Part shown: one piece after another, positions 43,619 to 57,730 of the stretch
How positions within the stretch are numbered: position 1 is the stretch's first letter
Layout of the letters: the number at the start of each line of letters is the position of its first letter
DNA from: Eledone cirrhosa
Taxonomy: Eukaryota
Direction of reading: 5' to 3'
DNA length: 64,000 nt
Assembly (NCBI GenBank): GCA_964016885.1
Contig: CAXHJY010000967.1
Location: 135,354-199,353, forward strand
The notes under the pieces: model-generated
Databases searched by the model: none
Told to the model about the DNA's origin: nothing
What the model saw: the letters and a program-made list of their open reading frames with translations, nothing else
Translations under genes and position numbers: made by a program

Positions 43619-45603
43619 TGTAGTGGTTGTCTCCCTTGTTGTGACTCACAACCCCAATAGATTAACAACATCTAGACGGGAAGTAGAACCCTTTCTGTAA
43701 CTTCCGGCAGAGCCCTATAAAACGAATAGCCTTCGGCTCTCTCCCTCTCATTTGCCCTTCCGGCGCCTGGCCTTCGCCAGGCATCTCGCGTTTGCCTGGC
43801 AATCAAAACGGTAACTACTAACTTTGCTTCATTCTTTCGTTTATTTCATTGACATGTCAACTATACTGTTAGATTGTTAATTAAATATTATACACACAAA
43901 CCATGTCTCCTTGTTACATTCATACAACCCAGTATCTTCGCTATATTGGTAACCCTGACGTGATACCAACACGCAGCCGTTCATCGCCATAAGTGGTCAC
44001 CCCGAAAAAAGAAAAAAATAGCATAATCTGGTGTTGTGTGAGTAGCATTACGAATACACAGCAAATTTATTGACAAACTATGAAAATACTCAGTAAAAGA
44101 AACGAACACACCACGCACATGTGAAATTTTCGAACAGACAGACTTTTTCTCTCACGCATCAACTAACTGTCGCATTTCACGATATATATATATGTTTCTC
44201 GTTTCTTACAACGAACACTTTCAAAACAAAAAAGAAAAAAAAAAAAGAAATTTGATATTCTTTAAAAAACATTTCAACAGGAACATTTATTTTCGATGAA
44301 CCATTGCCTTTTTTTTCATCATTTTCTTCATCGTTCAAGTTTTTTTTTTTTTTTTTTTTTTTTCAAAAGTTCACACCAATAATTATGCTGAGTGAAGCCT
44401 TTCTTTTTCATCATTGTCACTTTCACACTTGCACTATCATTTTCTCGCGCGTTAGAAATATTATTTTTTCAACCTAGCTTAACCTTGTATTGGCACATGT
44501 AGGCAGCACAAATTCTCAACTCACGGAGATATCTCGACTCACAGAGATAGCCGCACGCCAGAGATAACGTTTCTCGCCAAGGATTCTTCAGCCTTAAGCT
44601 ATATTCTCCTATTTGCCAGTTTAAAAATTTACCACGTAAATTTGCCGTTGAAAACTGCGCATTTATTCAGAATGCTTATTTCTTTGGTCGCTGGCCTCTT
44701 GACCCTTCCAGGTCAACGCATTCTCAACATCGACCATCAACTTCGGCTGTTATTTCTAGCGCTTTGCGCAACTCATTTTTTTCCGAAAAAAATTTTTTTT
44801 ACTGTGAATTTAAACACCGAATACGCCCACTCAGCGAGACAACAACATCAACACAGCTTCACCAACAACCAAGACCAGCAGAACAAGCCAGAGAATTTAT
44901 TTTTGCAGCACTCTTCCTGTGAGAAAATCCATTCGGAGGTTGGAAATTTCACGATATACCACAGAACAGAAACCACCTGCATTCATTCTCTGGAACACAC
45001 TTTCTTTCCTGCTGTCATGTGATTGCACACCTGTGAACTATATTTTGTACATTTGAACGTTGAGCTCTTCTCTTACTTTATTACATTGTATCTTTGGGTG
45101 ATGGATAGATAGATGTCCAGTCGTTCTCTGGCCAAGAGCGGTTGGCTACCTTGATATCTATCATTGATTTTTGCAAACATTCTTTTGTCGTAATTTTCAT
45201 GCCTGTTACAACATTCTCGCCAACTTGCTACAGATTTCATTCGATTTTTATATTCTAAAATTCTGGCGGGAGGTTATGTGGCAGTTGTCTCCCTTGTTGT
45301 GACTCACAACCCCAATAGATTAACAACATCTAGACGGGAAGTAGAACCCTTTCTGTAACTTCCGGCAGAGCCCTATAAAACGAATAGCCTTCGGCTCTCT
45401 CCCTCTCATTTGCCCTTCCGGCGCCTGGCCTTCGCCAGGCGTCTCGCGTTTGCCTGGCAATCAAAACGGTAACTACTAACTTTGCTTCATTCTTTCGTTT
45501 ATTTCATTGACATGTCAACTATACTGTTAAATTGTTGATTAAATATTATACACACAAACCATGTCTCCGTGTTACATTCATACAACCCAGTATCTTCACT
45601 ATA
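43619..45603 (+). mobile_element. Non-autonomous LTR retrotransposon (Gypsy-like) with two 327-bp LTRs
   Basis: LTRs at 43619-43945 and 45277-45603 differ at about 8 positions and have TG...TA ends. There is a 4-bp TSD GATA, a tRNA-Trp PBS at 43947 and a purine-rich tract ggcgggagg before the 3' LTR. The 1331-bp interior has no pol. Confidence 0.92.
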
Positions 45604-46699
45604 GATAAATAGACGTTAAACGATGATGATGATATATATATATATATATATGGCAAACCAAAGATGTGGATTCGTGGCCCATGTACATCAATACTCATCC
45701 CTTTTTTCCATTCAGAGGTTTTTTTAAAATCCCAACTACCAGACTAATTCTATGTAGTCAAATACAGTATAAGTACATGTTACTACTTAATTTTCAAGTT
45801 TGTTAGCCATTTATATACAAAGCCTGCTTTGTGTCTCCCTATTTATATATATATATATATTACCAGCATAAATTGTGACTTGACCCACCTTATGTTGCTC
45901 TTTAGCTCTTCTCATCACTGTACACCCTTACCCTTACTCTGGCCAGGATCACCAAGCTTCTAAAATCCTGACACACCAGTCATAACCCCTTAGCTGTTTA
46001 TTAAAAAAAAACCCAAACACTATTGGAAGTCATCCCATCCCCTCCTACTCATCACCCTCCCAAATCCCACCACCCCACTACATTTGTCATACAGCCATAA
46101 CATCATATCTTTTCTGCTGGTCTTATTCCCCACCATCCCCCATAGAATAGGGAGGGCTATTTAGTTGAATCAATGACCCTCAACTTCTCTAATGCTGATG
46201 CCACATAAAAATGCACCCAGTACACTCTGTAACATGGTTGACAATATGAAGGGCATCATACTGTAGAAACCATGCCAAAAAATGAGCAAGAGGACTCTTA
46301 AGTTGTGTCAAGAACATGACAATCTCTCTAGTGTTGGTGTGGACATGATAAATGCATCCAGTACATTCTGTAAAGTGGCTGGTGACAGGAAGAACATCCA
46401 GCCATAGAAAATTAGTCAAACAAAGGTTTGGGAGGACTCCCCAGTTGTGTCAAGGGCATGACAACCTCCTTAGTGATGGTGCCATGATAAAACATATGAC
46501 TTACAGAACCTTGAAGGGAATCTAGGGACATAAATGGCCAACACCTTCACATTTTTTTCTGTTAATTTAAAGAAGAATAGCTAATGTTGTGATAGATGCA
46601 GTTGAAAATAGATTTAAAGGAAAAATTCCAGAATGTTGCTTTAATATCGATGCTCCAGGAGGATGTTGAAAAACTTATTTAATGAATATAAGAACTGAA

Positions 46700-47090
46700 T
46701 ATTCATTTTATTAAGGTGTAACCGTCAACATAATATTACAAATAGAAAGAGAAAAAAAGAAAAGGGAAAGGAAAAAACGCAGAAGTGGTTAGCACATACA
46801 ACAAAAGGTAGGTGAAAGGGGTGGACAAACGAACTGCTGCCAGAAAAAAGATAATAATATCTCGAGGAGTACTGGGAAACCTCTCTAATAATTTTTGAGG
46901 CAAGTCAGCATGCTCGCAGCGTTACCTCAGGTGATTCCGAGGCTGATGCACTGGAACAACCAAGTGCCCTCATGAGCATCACCAGTTAACTCGGTTAGGC
47001 GACCCACCAGTGAAGATATGAATGTCGCAGTCAGTGGCCCAACTCCCCACAAACGTCTTGAATGCCACAGATCATTTCTCGTCTTAGAAA
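46700..47090 (-). mobile_element. 3' fragment of a second CRE-like element nested in the Helitron relic
   Basis: The minus strand reads RLTELTGDAHEGTWLFQCISLGIT*GNAASML, typical of the CRE RLE C-terminus. Confidence 0.6.
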
Positions 47091-47862
47091 CAACAACTTG
47101 AAAAGTGGATTAAAAAATATGACTATGATGATGATGATAAACAAGTGCTGCCTGGATAGGTACTGCTGCCTCATACCTGTTAGGTGGTAAGATATTATAT
47201 AGCTTGTTTAGATTACCAGTACCTTTAATTAATATAAGTATTTCTAATATATCTATATCTACATCTAAGCAAGCCTGTTTCTTAACAGATCAAGTTAATT
47301 TCATTCACGTTGACAAAGCATCCATGACACTTTCTTTCACCTTTGGTACCATTGATAAATATCATCAGGATCTTACTGATATCAATAGCATTTTTGGAGT
47401 GAAAAATCATCTTATTGTTAGGAATTGTAGACAAGTGCTACCTATTCTTCCAAAAGCAACACAGACTGCTACTATTGATATCATCTAAAACAATCTCACT
47501 TCTGGCAGTATTTGAGACAATATCACCTAACTTGAAATTTGAGGGCCATAGAAGAACAAAAGGACTATGCAGATTGGTTGCTTCTGCTTGGAAATGGAAC
47601 CGCTCCAACTTCTTTGGTTAATATTAGAGTAAGTATGACACATCCTATACCAGGATTAACATCAGATGATGTCCAAGTACTATCATTTTCATATATTTCT
47701 TTAAATGAGGAGATTTTAAAACTACTGCCAGGAAATGTTCAAACATATTTTAGTACAGATCAAATTGTTTGTGAGAATTATTTAATTAATCTACTCCATT
47801 AGGAATGCCTCAATATAAATTGGATTTAAAAATCAGATCTGTTGTAATATTATTACGTAATA

Positions 47863-48105
47863 CAAGGTGAGTCATAAGTAACCAGACAGTCCAACATTTA
47901 TATTCTAAATGATAATATTTACCAAAATTCTGATTATATGCTACAGAATTATAAATGCATCAAACAAAAGTAGTTACAAATTAAAGTAAATATTCGGAAA
48001 GCTGACTCTGTTCCTCAATACATTTCGAAGCAGATGTTCAAAACGTTATCTGTGAACCTTGCAATAAAAATGCATTGACAACCCAGTTAATTATGACTCA
48101 ACCTG
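47863..48105. mobile_element. Tc1/mariner-type MITE
   Basis: TA-caaggtgagtcataa ... ttatgactcaacctg-TA. It splits the Helitron LLRN|IN..LCNG motif. Confidence 0.75.
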
Positions 48106-48659
48106 TATATAAATTCAGCAAGGGCTTTGTAATGGAACTAGGTTAGAAATTGTTAACTTATATTGTAATTGCATTGAAGGTTTATTAATAAGCAGGTAGG
48201 TGAGCGTTAGCACCTAGAGTTAAACTGACACCTGATGATTCAAATTTAACATTTAAATAATAATAATGAAATTATTGTGCACAGTGCTCAGGTGCACTAC
48301 AACTCATCGAAGGCGCACATTTTCTTTACAAAGAACTCAATTTTCAGTTAAATTAGCTTATTCAATGACAATTAATAAAGCAGGGATTTACTTACCACGA
48401 TAAATGTTTAGTCAGGGATAGTTATATGCTGCATATTCTAGAGCTAGGACATTAAATGATTTTTTGTTTAAGTAGTTTGTACCAATAAGCAAAAAAAAAA
48501 AAAAAAGCTATCACTAAAAACATTCTATGTAAAGAAGTATTAAGTTAATGAATTAACATTTTGATAATGATATTTAATAGTAAAATTATTCAAATGATAC
48601 AATAAATATATTGATACAACAGTGTAATGATTGTAATTCTTATCTATACATGCAAAGGT

Positions 48660-49465
48660 AATAAATTACATCAACAAAATTGTGTGCTTGTACAAATATG
48701 TAAATTTTGGATACACAAGAGGTGCAGTGGGATAGCAGGCAGACTAACAAGAAAGGAAGACTTTGTGTGTAATAAATACACAGGGGTTATCGACAGTATG
48801 AGCATCAGTGATATAAACCTTTTCCAATTACATGAAGGATCCATAGAAGTGGTTGATAGCTTCTGCTACTTAGGAGATCTAATTACCAGTGGAGGAAGGT
48901 GCTCTGGGAGCATAATATCTAGAATAAGGAAAGGAAAGAAGTTTACAGAGCTACTTCCTCTGTTGACAACAAAGGTCCCTACAAATAAAAAGATAGCTGT
49001 ATGACACCTGTGTGCAAAGTGCAGTGCTGCATGGAAGTGAAACATGGGTAGTAACTGCAGAGGACATGCATAGGCTGGAAAGAAATGAAGCAAGCATGCT
49101 TTGATGGATGTGCAATATTAATGTGATAGATCAGCAAAGCCTGAATGAACTGAGAGAAAAACTGGCTTTAAGAGAAATCAGAAATAGTGTACAAGAGAGA
49201 AGACTGCATTGGTATGGACATGCGATATACATGGATGATGATCGCTGAGTGAAGAAGTGGCAGGAAGTGTCAGTATAAAGAAGCTGCAGCAGAGGAAAAC
49301 CAAGGAAGACCTAGGCAGAGTTGGCAAAAGCTGATCTCAAATCATTGATACTCACAGAGGAGATAAAGAAGGAATGCAATGAGTGGAGAGATGCTGTGCT
49401 GAAAAGGATCCATCCAACCCATGCAAGCATGGAAAAGTGAACATAAAAACAATGATGATGATGAT
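48660..49465 (+). mobile_element. Decayed RTE LINE 3' fragment
   Basis: CKFWIHKRCSGI...EGSIEVVDSFCYLGD and a (GAT)n tail. Confidence 0.85.
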
Positions 49466-49606
49466 AATGTCAGAGTAATTATTGTGCCTTAGTTGCCAAC
49501 AAACAGAATTTCCATGTAACTAGCTAGTTATTAATTATTTCATTACTAAGACAGTAACTTAATATATAGTTCTTATATAAAATTATGTTGGGAAATTTTA
49601 ATTTAA

Positions 49607-49816
49607 CCCTTTAGCATTTAAACTGGCAGTATCGGCCAGAATTCTCTCACCTCTTTCTATTCAAACTGGCCATAACCAGCTTTTCATACTTATGTTAAGG
49701 TATTGTTCTCAAATTAAAATCTCATAGATTTGATATTATGTGGGATAATTATGTGAGGAAAAGCCTTTACCAAGAAAATATAATAGTAAATATAGAGTAA
49801 TGTAAATACTAAAGGG
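49607..49816. mobile_element. piggyBac-like MITE, family A
   Basis: TTAA-ccctttagcattta ... taaatactaaaggg-TTAA. Confidence 0.8.
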
Positions 49817-50807
49817 TTAAATAGGAACACTTAAATGTACAGTTTTGTTATATAGAACCGGAGCCAGTTTTGGTCAGATTTGTATTGAAAAGGTTAATGA
49901 TAATGATTTTTATATAATGTTACAAATTTAAAGAGTTTGAAGTACAATCTATAAAATCAATCCCAGTGTATCACTGACTCATTTTATTAACTGATGAAAG
50001 GTAAAGTCAAACAAAGCTAGATCTGAACTTGGAATGTAAAAATATCTTAATATATGTATTACAAGACATTTAGTCTGGCACTCTACTGTTTCCACTCCTC
50101 CATCACCCCTGACTTAATAAATATTATTGATAACAAAAACAACTACATCTGTAATTATATGAATTACATGGGTAATGACTAGTGTAATAAGCAATTTTGA
50201 TTGGTTTCTTAACTTTGCTAGCTGATAAAAACAAGCTTCATGATTAACGGTCTTGATCTTCTGGCAACTTTACCAACAGTGATACAGAAAAATAATATAA
50301 TGATTAAATTATCCATATTCTCTAGCCTGAACTATTTTGCCAAATGTTGATGGATATATGATAATTTGAGAAATAGTATTTTTCTAAACTGTTCTTTGTT
50401 TACTACAAATGCTCTAAATTAATTGAAATACTATATATTATCTCTATCAGTTTCATATTAATAATGTCAATAAATGTTATTTTGTTGCTTTGATCTTTAT
50501 TAACAGTTACATGTTATATACAATTCAACTAAACTTAGTCTTCAATAAAATGAAAAACATGGCATAATATAAAGTCTTTGATAGGAACGATTCTGTTCTT
50601 TTAGAATAAAACATTCAGTTTCGGTAAATACAATCATTTTGTAAATGTAATTAATAGTAGCATTGGCCTGGAGATAATTTATCTGTCTATTTCCAGAACT
50701 AATTTTCATCAATATGTGTATGTGTTTGGGTGTTCGGATATCTATATCTATATTTATGTGAGTATATACATATTTGTATACATTTATGTGTATATATCTA
50801 TATCTAT

Positions 50808-53800
50808 ATAATAAAATAATAATGAATAATAATGAAATTATTGTGTACAGTACTCAGGTGCATTACAACTCATTAAAGGTGCATGTATAGTACATAGAAT
50901 AATATACAAATGTCAGGGAAGTGAATAGTGTATGAGTCATGATATACATGTGTGTGTGTGTATGGAGGGGGAATATTAGGTGTAGTGTTGGCGAATCTCA
51001 GGAAGCATAGAGGTTTTAATGGATGCAGTGTCTCGACAGCTAACAACTGATGCAGGTAGTTTGTTCCATGCTTCAGTAACTCTGAGCATGAAAAAATGTT
51101 TCTGAAAGTATATGGGAGCTATGCTATTTTCTCACTTTGTCGGCATGCCCACGTGTGTTAGACACGTGGAAATCAAAAAGGTACTCAGGGTTGTTGTTGG
51201 CAAGATGGTTAATAATTTTGTGGGTGTTTACCAAGTCAGTTGCCAGATGTCAGAGCTTCAATGAATCCATGCCCAAGGAAGCAAGGCGTTCAGAGTATGG
51301 TAGATGCTTGATGGAGGGTATTCGCTTGGTTGCACATCTCTGAACAGTTTCCAGGCGGTCAATGTTCTGAGCAAGATAGGGGTTCCAGACTGGTGATGCA
51401 AATTCTAAGTGTGGCCACACCATAGCTATATACAGCTTTAAATAGATAGCTGGAGAGCGGCTGACAAAGGTCTTGCTGAGTGATGCTAAGACACCCTCGG
51501 CCTTCTTGACAATTTTAGAAACGTGCTTCATCCAACGCAAATCGCTGCTGACTGTAATGCTCAGGTCACGCTCACAAGAAGACTTCTTGATATTAGTGTT
51601 GTGGAGAGAGTATGTGAATGCTGGGTTTTTACTCCCAAAATGCCTGGTGGTGCACTTGTCCACAGCTAGATTGAGTTGCCAGTCTGTGATCCATTATTGC
51701 ATTGTATCCAGGTTAGATTGCAGGCAAGATCTATAGTGTTCAGGATCTGTCCTTTTTATCTCAAGGTACAGCTTGATGTCATCTGCATATTTCAGTACTG
51801 TGGCATTCTTTAAGTTGGCATCTATGTCATTAATATATGCCACAAACAAAAGGGGGCCAAGAGCAGATCCCTGTGGTACACCAGATGACATCTCATATGG
51901 TGAGGAATGCTGTCCTAGAACCGTGACTTCCTCTCTTCGACTGAGAATGAAGGACTTCAACCGGTTAAAAAGATCATCCTTCACACCCATTGCAGAGAGT
52001 TTTGCCATAAGTCTTTTGTGTGGTACAGAATTGAAAGCTTTAGCAAAGTCAAGGTAAACAACATCCACCTATGCGCTGCCATCAGTGATCTGGGTGATGT
52101 CTTCAAGAAACTCGATAAGTTGATCACAGCAGCTGGAGTTAGGGATAAATCCAAATTGCGAGAGCCGGATAAGATTGTGAGAGTTCCAGAAGTTCCAAAG
52201 CATTTCTCTGACACAGGATTCCATCAGTTTGGCGATGCAGCCAGTAAGACTGACTGGACGATAGTTCACAGGTGATGTGCAGTCACCCTTTTTGAACAGA
52301 GGAATGACACTGGCAGTTTTCCACTGTTCTGGAGTAGCACCGTTGTTCAGACAGAATTGGAAGAAGCGTGATAGCTAGTGCAGAAGGAAGTACCCACCAC
52401 GTTTAAGAAGCAGGTACGTAACACCATCAAGACTAGGAGAGGCATCGTTGCATTTATTTTTAAGGTGACATCGTAGCATTGCAGGTGTAAATTCCATAGT
52501 TGTAATAGAATCCGATGTCCCAGGTGCTGGAGATGGTACACTCTGGTCTTCAATAGTGAAAATGCCTGCATAGCATTCAGCAATGAGTTCTGCGCATTCC
52601 TTGGGGTCATCAGTAATCTGGCTTGTGCGGGGATTGTGAAGAGGACCAACTGGAGAGTGAGGCCTTTGCTTTGAGTGAACATACTTCCAGAACACCTTAC
52701 TGTCAGGGCTGGTTGCTATGCGCTGCTCAAATTGAAGCACTGCCTTTTTTGTCACCTGCTTGAGATGGTTGGATGATTTATTTCGCTTCTTCCTATTGAT
52801 ATCTGATTTATGCAGTTTGTACTCACGTTCAGCATTACGATGTTCTTTTCTGGCAAGACGGTCTGCTGCAGTCTCCCAAATTGCACTTTTGGGATGTTTT
52901 TTCTGCTTACATGGCACCGATGCTGCACATGCTGTCCATATTGAGCTCAGGATGTTCTGGAGTACAGTGTTGACATCTCCAGAGTTGTAGAACTCAAGCC
53001 AGTTTGGAACTTGGTGCAGTAACAGTTCCAGTCTGCTTTATTCCAGTCAAAGTGAGCAGATTGGAGATGGTTGTGGTTTTTGTTACTGCCCATGAGGGAT
53101 AGATTGGCAATGATCATAGCATGATCAGAGTCACCTAAAGGTTTCTCAGTAGTAACATTAATAACCGTTTCAGGAGTAGTGGTGAAGAGTAGGTCCAAAG
53201 TGTTGTCATCTCTTGTTGGGAAGGTGACTACTTGGGACCAGTTCGAGTCCAGCACTAGCTCAAGGAAGTCATTTACACTTTGCAGCCAGCGAAAGGTTTC
53301 CCAGTCAATCTCAGGGTGATTGAAGTCTCCTGCAATAAAAACATAAGTGGCTGTTTTACTGGCAGCAACTCTGAGGATATCACAAAGTTGAGTGTCCTGA
53401 TGGTAATTTGGGGGACGGTAAACGACTCCAAGTACCAGTGTTGACATGGTCATACATATATCTCAGTAAAATACCTCTTGCTGTGATTGGATCAAATCAA
53501 CACAAGGAATTGCCGAAAAATTTGACCAAACGTAGATGATTACACCACCACCATGATGATTAATGCGGTCGTTATGAAACAAGCTGTAGCCAGTTATGCT
53601 GAAAACTCGATCACAGAGTAAGGAATGTGCCCATGTTTCCGTGACTGTAATGAAGTCAGGGTTGATACTTTTGACATAGTAGTCTAAAAGATGTATCTTA
53701 TTGCATAGACTACGTGCATTCAAGGACAACAATTTGTACCTTAATTCCAGTCTATGATTATGTGCAGAGGATGGCAGGTTGTTCTGATTTATTTTCCCAG

Positions 53801-53960
53801 AGTTTTTTCAGTTTTTTTTATTGTCAGTTGTTGTGGGTACAGTGTTTTCAGACCAGTTGGTATCTCTTTTCCATGTTTCACCAGCGTTAATAAACTTCCA
53901 TATCTGCCCATCATCACGTAGGCTGAAGCTTTCATGTTCTGCCGAGCTGCGGTTTAAGGA
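50808..53960 (-). mobile_element. CR1-clade LINE with nearly complete ORF2 (APE endonuclease + RT), frameshifted, (ATT)-type tail
   Basis: Motifs LNARSL, VTETW, VYRPP, AGDFN, LDLLFT, SDH, NYRPVSL, YLDFAKAF, GVPQGSALGP, YADD, WNPY and VQRCATK. A short 3' tip of the same family lies at about 48258-48320. Confidence 0.92.
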
Positions 53961-53989
53961 AGCATACACACACACACACACACATATGC

Positions 53990-54068
<79 letters not shown>

Positions 54069-54112
54069 TCAACAGCACCGTTTAACGTCCATTATATATA
54101 TATACTCATATA

Positions 54113-54514
54113 AGGCGGTGGATTGGCAGTATTGGTAGAGGGTCGGACGCCATGCTTTGACGTATAGAGTTACGGCCCTTGCCATTCTGAGTTCAAATCT
54201 TGCAGAGGTTAACTTTGCTTTTCATCCTTACGGGGTCGATAAAATAAAGTACCAGTAAAACACTGTGATAATTCCTGGCCTTGTGCCAAAAGTAGAAACA
54301 ATTATATATATATATATATAGAGAGAGAGAGCGGTGGATTGGCAGTATCGGTAGAGGGTTGGACGCCATGCTTTGACGCATAGAGTTACGGCCCTTGCCA
54401 TTCTGAGTTCAAATCCAGCTGAGGTTAACTTTGCGTTTCATCCATATGGGGTCGATAAAATAAAGTACCAGTAATACACTGGGTGATTGCTGGCCTTGTG
54501 CCAAAAGTAGAAAC

Positions 54515-54558
<44 letters not shown>

Positions 54559-54769
54559 TCAACAGCACCGTTTAACGTCCATTATATGGTAGATTGGCAG
54601 TATTGGGAGAGGGTCGGACGCCATGCTTTGACGTATAGAGTTACGGCCCTTGCCATTCTGAGTTCAAATCCCGCCAAGGTTAACTTTGCCTTTCATCCTT
54701 ACGGGGTCGATAAAATAAAGTACCAGTAATGCACTGGTTTATTGCTGGCCTTGTGCCTAACGTAGAAAC

Positions 54770-54774
<5 letters not shown>
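54113..54774 (+). mobile_element. Three tandem SINE family 1 copies
   Basis: Copies at about 54113, 54330 and 54588, separated by (TA)n. Confidence 0.9.
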
Positions 54775-54813
<39 letters not shown>

Positions 54814-54817
<4 letters not shown>

Positions 54818-56300
54818 TCATCATCATCATCATCATCGTTTTACGTCCGTTCATGGGTTAGACGGGTTGTCCTGTTGTGGGCAGTGTCTGGTCGGCTGAC
54901 CATGCCTTGCTCATACAGGAACTGATTTGGGCTTGATTTCAACAGCTATCCAGCTATTCTTAACACCAACCTCATTTACAGTGAGTGCTGGGTGCTTTTT
55001 TCCGTGCGCCTACACGTCCACTTTACAGTGTGGGCTGGGTGCTTTTTTGCTGTGGCACCTCCACGACCACTTTGCAGTGGGAGGTGTGGAGGCATATTGT
55101 CTATATGCTTCAGCTTGTACCCGTGGGAGGTCGGGTACTCTGTATTACTGCGTGACGCCAGAGGTCACGGTCGTGTGTCATCGCCTTTGAGAGGTGTAAT
55201 TGGGTAAGGTCGGCTTTTATCACCTCATCCCAGGTCTTCTTGGGTCTCCCCACTCCGCGGATTCCAATGACTTCTAGTGCTCTGCACCTTTTTTTGCAGC
55301 TGTCATCCTTCAGACGCATCACATGTCCATACCAACGCAACTGCCTCTCCTGCACACAGCATTTGATTCCTCTTATGCTCAGTCTCTCTCTCAATTCATT
55401 TATGCTTTGCCGTTCGCGTATATTACTATTACACTTCCATCGGACATGCAGGCTTCGTTTCTTTCTAATCTACGTCAGTCTTCCACCTTCAGCGCCCAGG
55501 TGTCACTGCCATGTAACATTGCTGTTCGTATACACATATCATACAGTCTGCCTTTCATTTTGAGGGAAAAGCCTTTTGCAGCTAGCAGTGGCAGTAGTTC
55601 CCTGAACTTCTTCCATCCCGTTCTTACCCTAGTTATTCTACTTTCTGAACACCCACCTCCGCTGCTAATTCGGTCACCTAGGTAGCAGAAGCTGTCTACT
55701 GTTTCTACAGAGCCCTCCCAGAGATTGGTGGTACTTGTTTCTTCTGGCTGTTTGCTGCTTGCTGTCCCAGCACAGATGCTACATGTGAAGCCTACATTCT
55801 TAATTAAGCTTCCTGAGATCCCGTTACATCTCTTGTGTACCTATTGTTTGCATTTGGGCAGAGAATGGAGTTCCTACCTACACCTTTCCTACATACTGAG
55901 CAAGGCCATTTCCATGGGGGGATCTGGGTTCTGTTTTCTAGTCTACTTACAAGGACCTTAGTCTTTGTCAGGTTGACTTTGAGACCCTTTCTTTCTAATC
56001 CCTGCTTCCAAGTTTGGAATTTCTTCTCTAGTTCTACCATAGATTCAGCTATAAGTGCGAGGTCATCTGCATACAGGAGTTCCCATAGGCATCCGGTCTT
56101 AAACTCCTCTGTTATTGCCTGCAGGACTATGATGAACATGAGAGGGCTAAGAACAGAGCCCTGGTGGACACCAACCTGTATGCTAGATTCCTCGCTATAC
56201 TCATTGCTAATCCTAACTTTGCTGACTGCTCCCCTATACATGGCTTGTACAGCTTTCACAAGCCATTCATCTACTACTAGTTTTCTAAGAGCCCACCAGA
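54814..56300 (-). mobile_element. RTE LINE copy, same family, frameshifted
   Basis: GVHQGSVLSP, LYADD, WPCSVCRKGVGRNSILC and RQLRWYGHV lie in broken frames, followed by a (GAT)n tail. A further older fragment lies at about 56300-56550. Confidence 0.9.
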
Positions 56301-57730
56301 TTAATGGAGGACTATAATAAACAGGAGAGGGCTGTGCACTCAGTCTTGATGGACATCTATTTGTATGCTAAATCTTGCTGTACTCATTGTTAACTCACAT
56401 CTTGCTAACTGCACTCCTGCAAATGGCTTATACAGCCCTCACAAGTATTCACCAGATTACAGAAAATGGAATTTTAAAAAAGGCCTTTTCCAGACCAACA
56501 AATGCTATATATTCTTAGCTAAGTACTTCTCTTGCAGTTGCCTCACTAGGAAATTGGAAAGAGTCAATTCTGAAAAGGATTTTAAAAACTTAGATGTATT
56601 GTTGTCTGATGAGAAGAAGGAAATATTCAAATTTCTGGCAATGTTCTTTATTGATGAAAGAATAAATAGGAATTACTGAAATATATGAAATTATAATTAA
56701 CCTTTTCATGACCATATTTTTAATAAAAGACAGTACCTGTGATGTTCAAATCACCTTGAAAACAATCAAGAATTTGGAGGGATTTAATAAAATAACTAAC
56801 ATTTTTGTTATTAAGCTAATGTTTGGAGCATAATTTAACAAAGGTTCTTACATAAAACTACAATGGAAGGTGTTTTTAGATAATATAGCCACATTAAAAT
56901 AAAGTATTTTATATCAGAGAACCAGGGATGGTTTCAGGTGGGTTGGCATCAAAAGAGTTAAAATCATCATCATCGTTTTTATGTCTGCTTTTCCACGTTT
57001 GCATGGGTTGGACTGGTCCTTCTCAGCACAGCATCTCTCCATGAATTGGCATTTTTTTTTTATTCTGAAGAATATTGTTTAATTTTACTTTATTCCTCAT
57101 CAATATATCTTTCTTTGGGATTCTTAACAGTGTTGGAAGCTGTTTAAATGATATATTTAACATCTGAATTAAAAGGATTTGATATTTTATTGAAAGTGAT
57201 GTTGTAACTTTGTTGATGTATGTAATGTTTAAAGTTGTTCTAGTTACCATATTTGATGACATGTAGGAACCTAGGCATTTCAGCAGGGAATACTGATACA
57301 TCAACTTCACATATAACACCTGGTTGATATTTTTTAGACATTTTCTTTTAAAGGAGGTCTTATAAGCCGTCAAATAATGATAATTCTGCATTATGAACAT
57401 TCCAGTAATGTACTGGGTAATTGCTGGCCTTGTGCCTAAAGTAGAAACAATTATGAACATTAGAGTTCATAGTTATCCTATATAGATAAAGCTATTAAGT
57501 TCTTTTTAGATAGAAGACTGGCAGTGTGTGGCTGGTAAAATTATTAAAATAGAGGATTTTAAGTGATCTTAGGAATTGATTTTAAAAGAACAGCTTTTAT
57601 TACGCCAGTGGACTGTTAGTGTGGTCTGATTTATGAAATATAAGCATGTCTCCTTAGCAACATCAGGAAAGCTGATTAAAACACATTGAAACTATCGATA
57701 ACGGTTGCTAAATGAAATATTCAGAAGAAA

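Larger units (their letters stand above)
46560..48540 (+). mobile_element. Helitron RepHel PIF1-helicase relic interrupted by CRE, MITE and CR1 insertions
   Basis: Decayed motifs DAPGGC*KTY, GTAASYLLGG, FRLPV, CRQVLPI, YADWLLLLGNG, LLRN..LCNGTRL, QFSVKLAYSMTINKA and FSQG*LYAAYSR. Confidence 0.85.

Noticed and set aside
57023-57460. 145-aa minus-strand ORF
   Set aside because: It starts within a SINE fragment, has no recognisable motif, and fits a chance ORF in AT-rich DNA.
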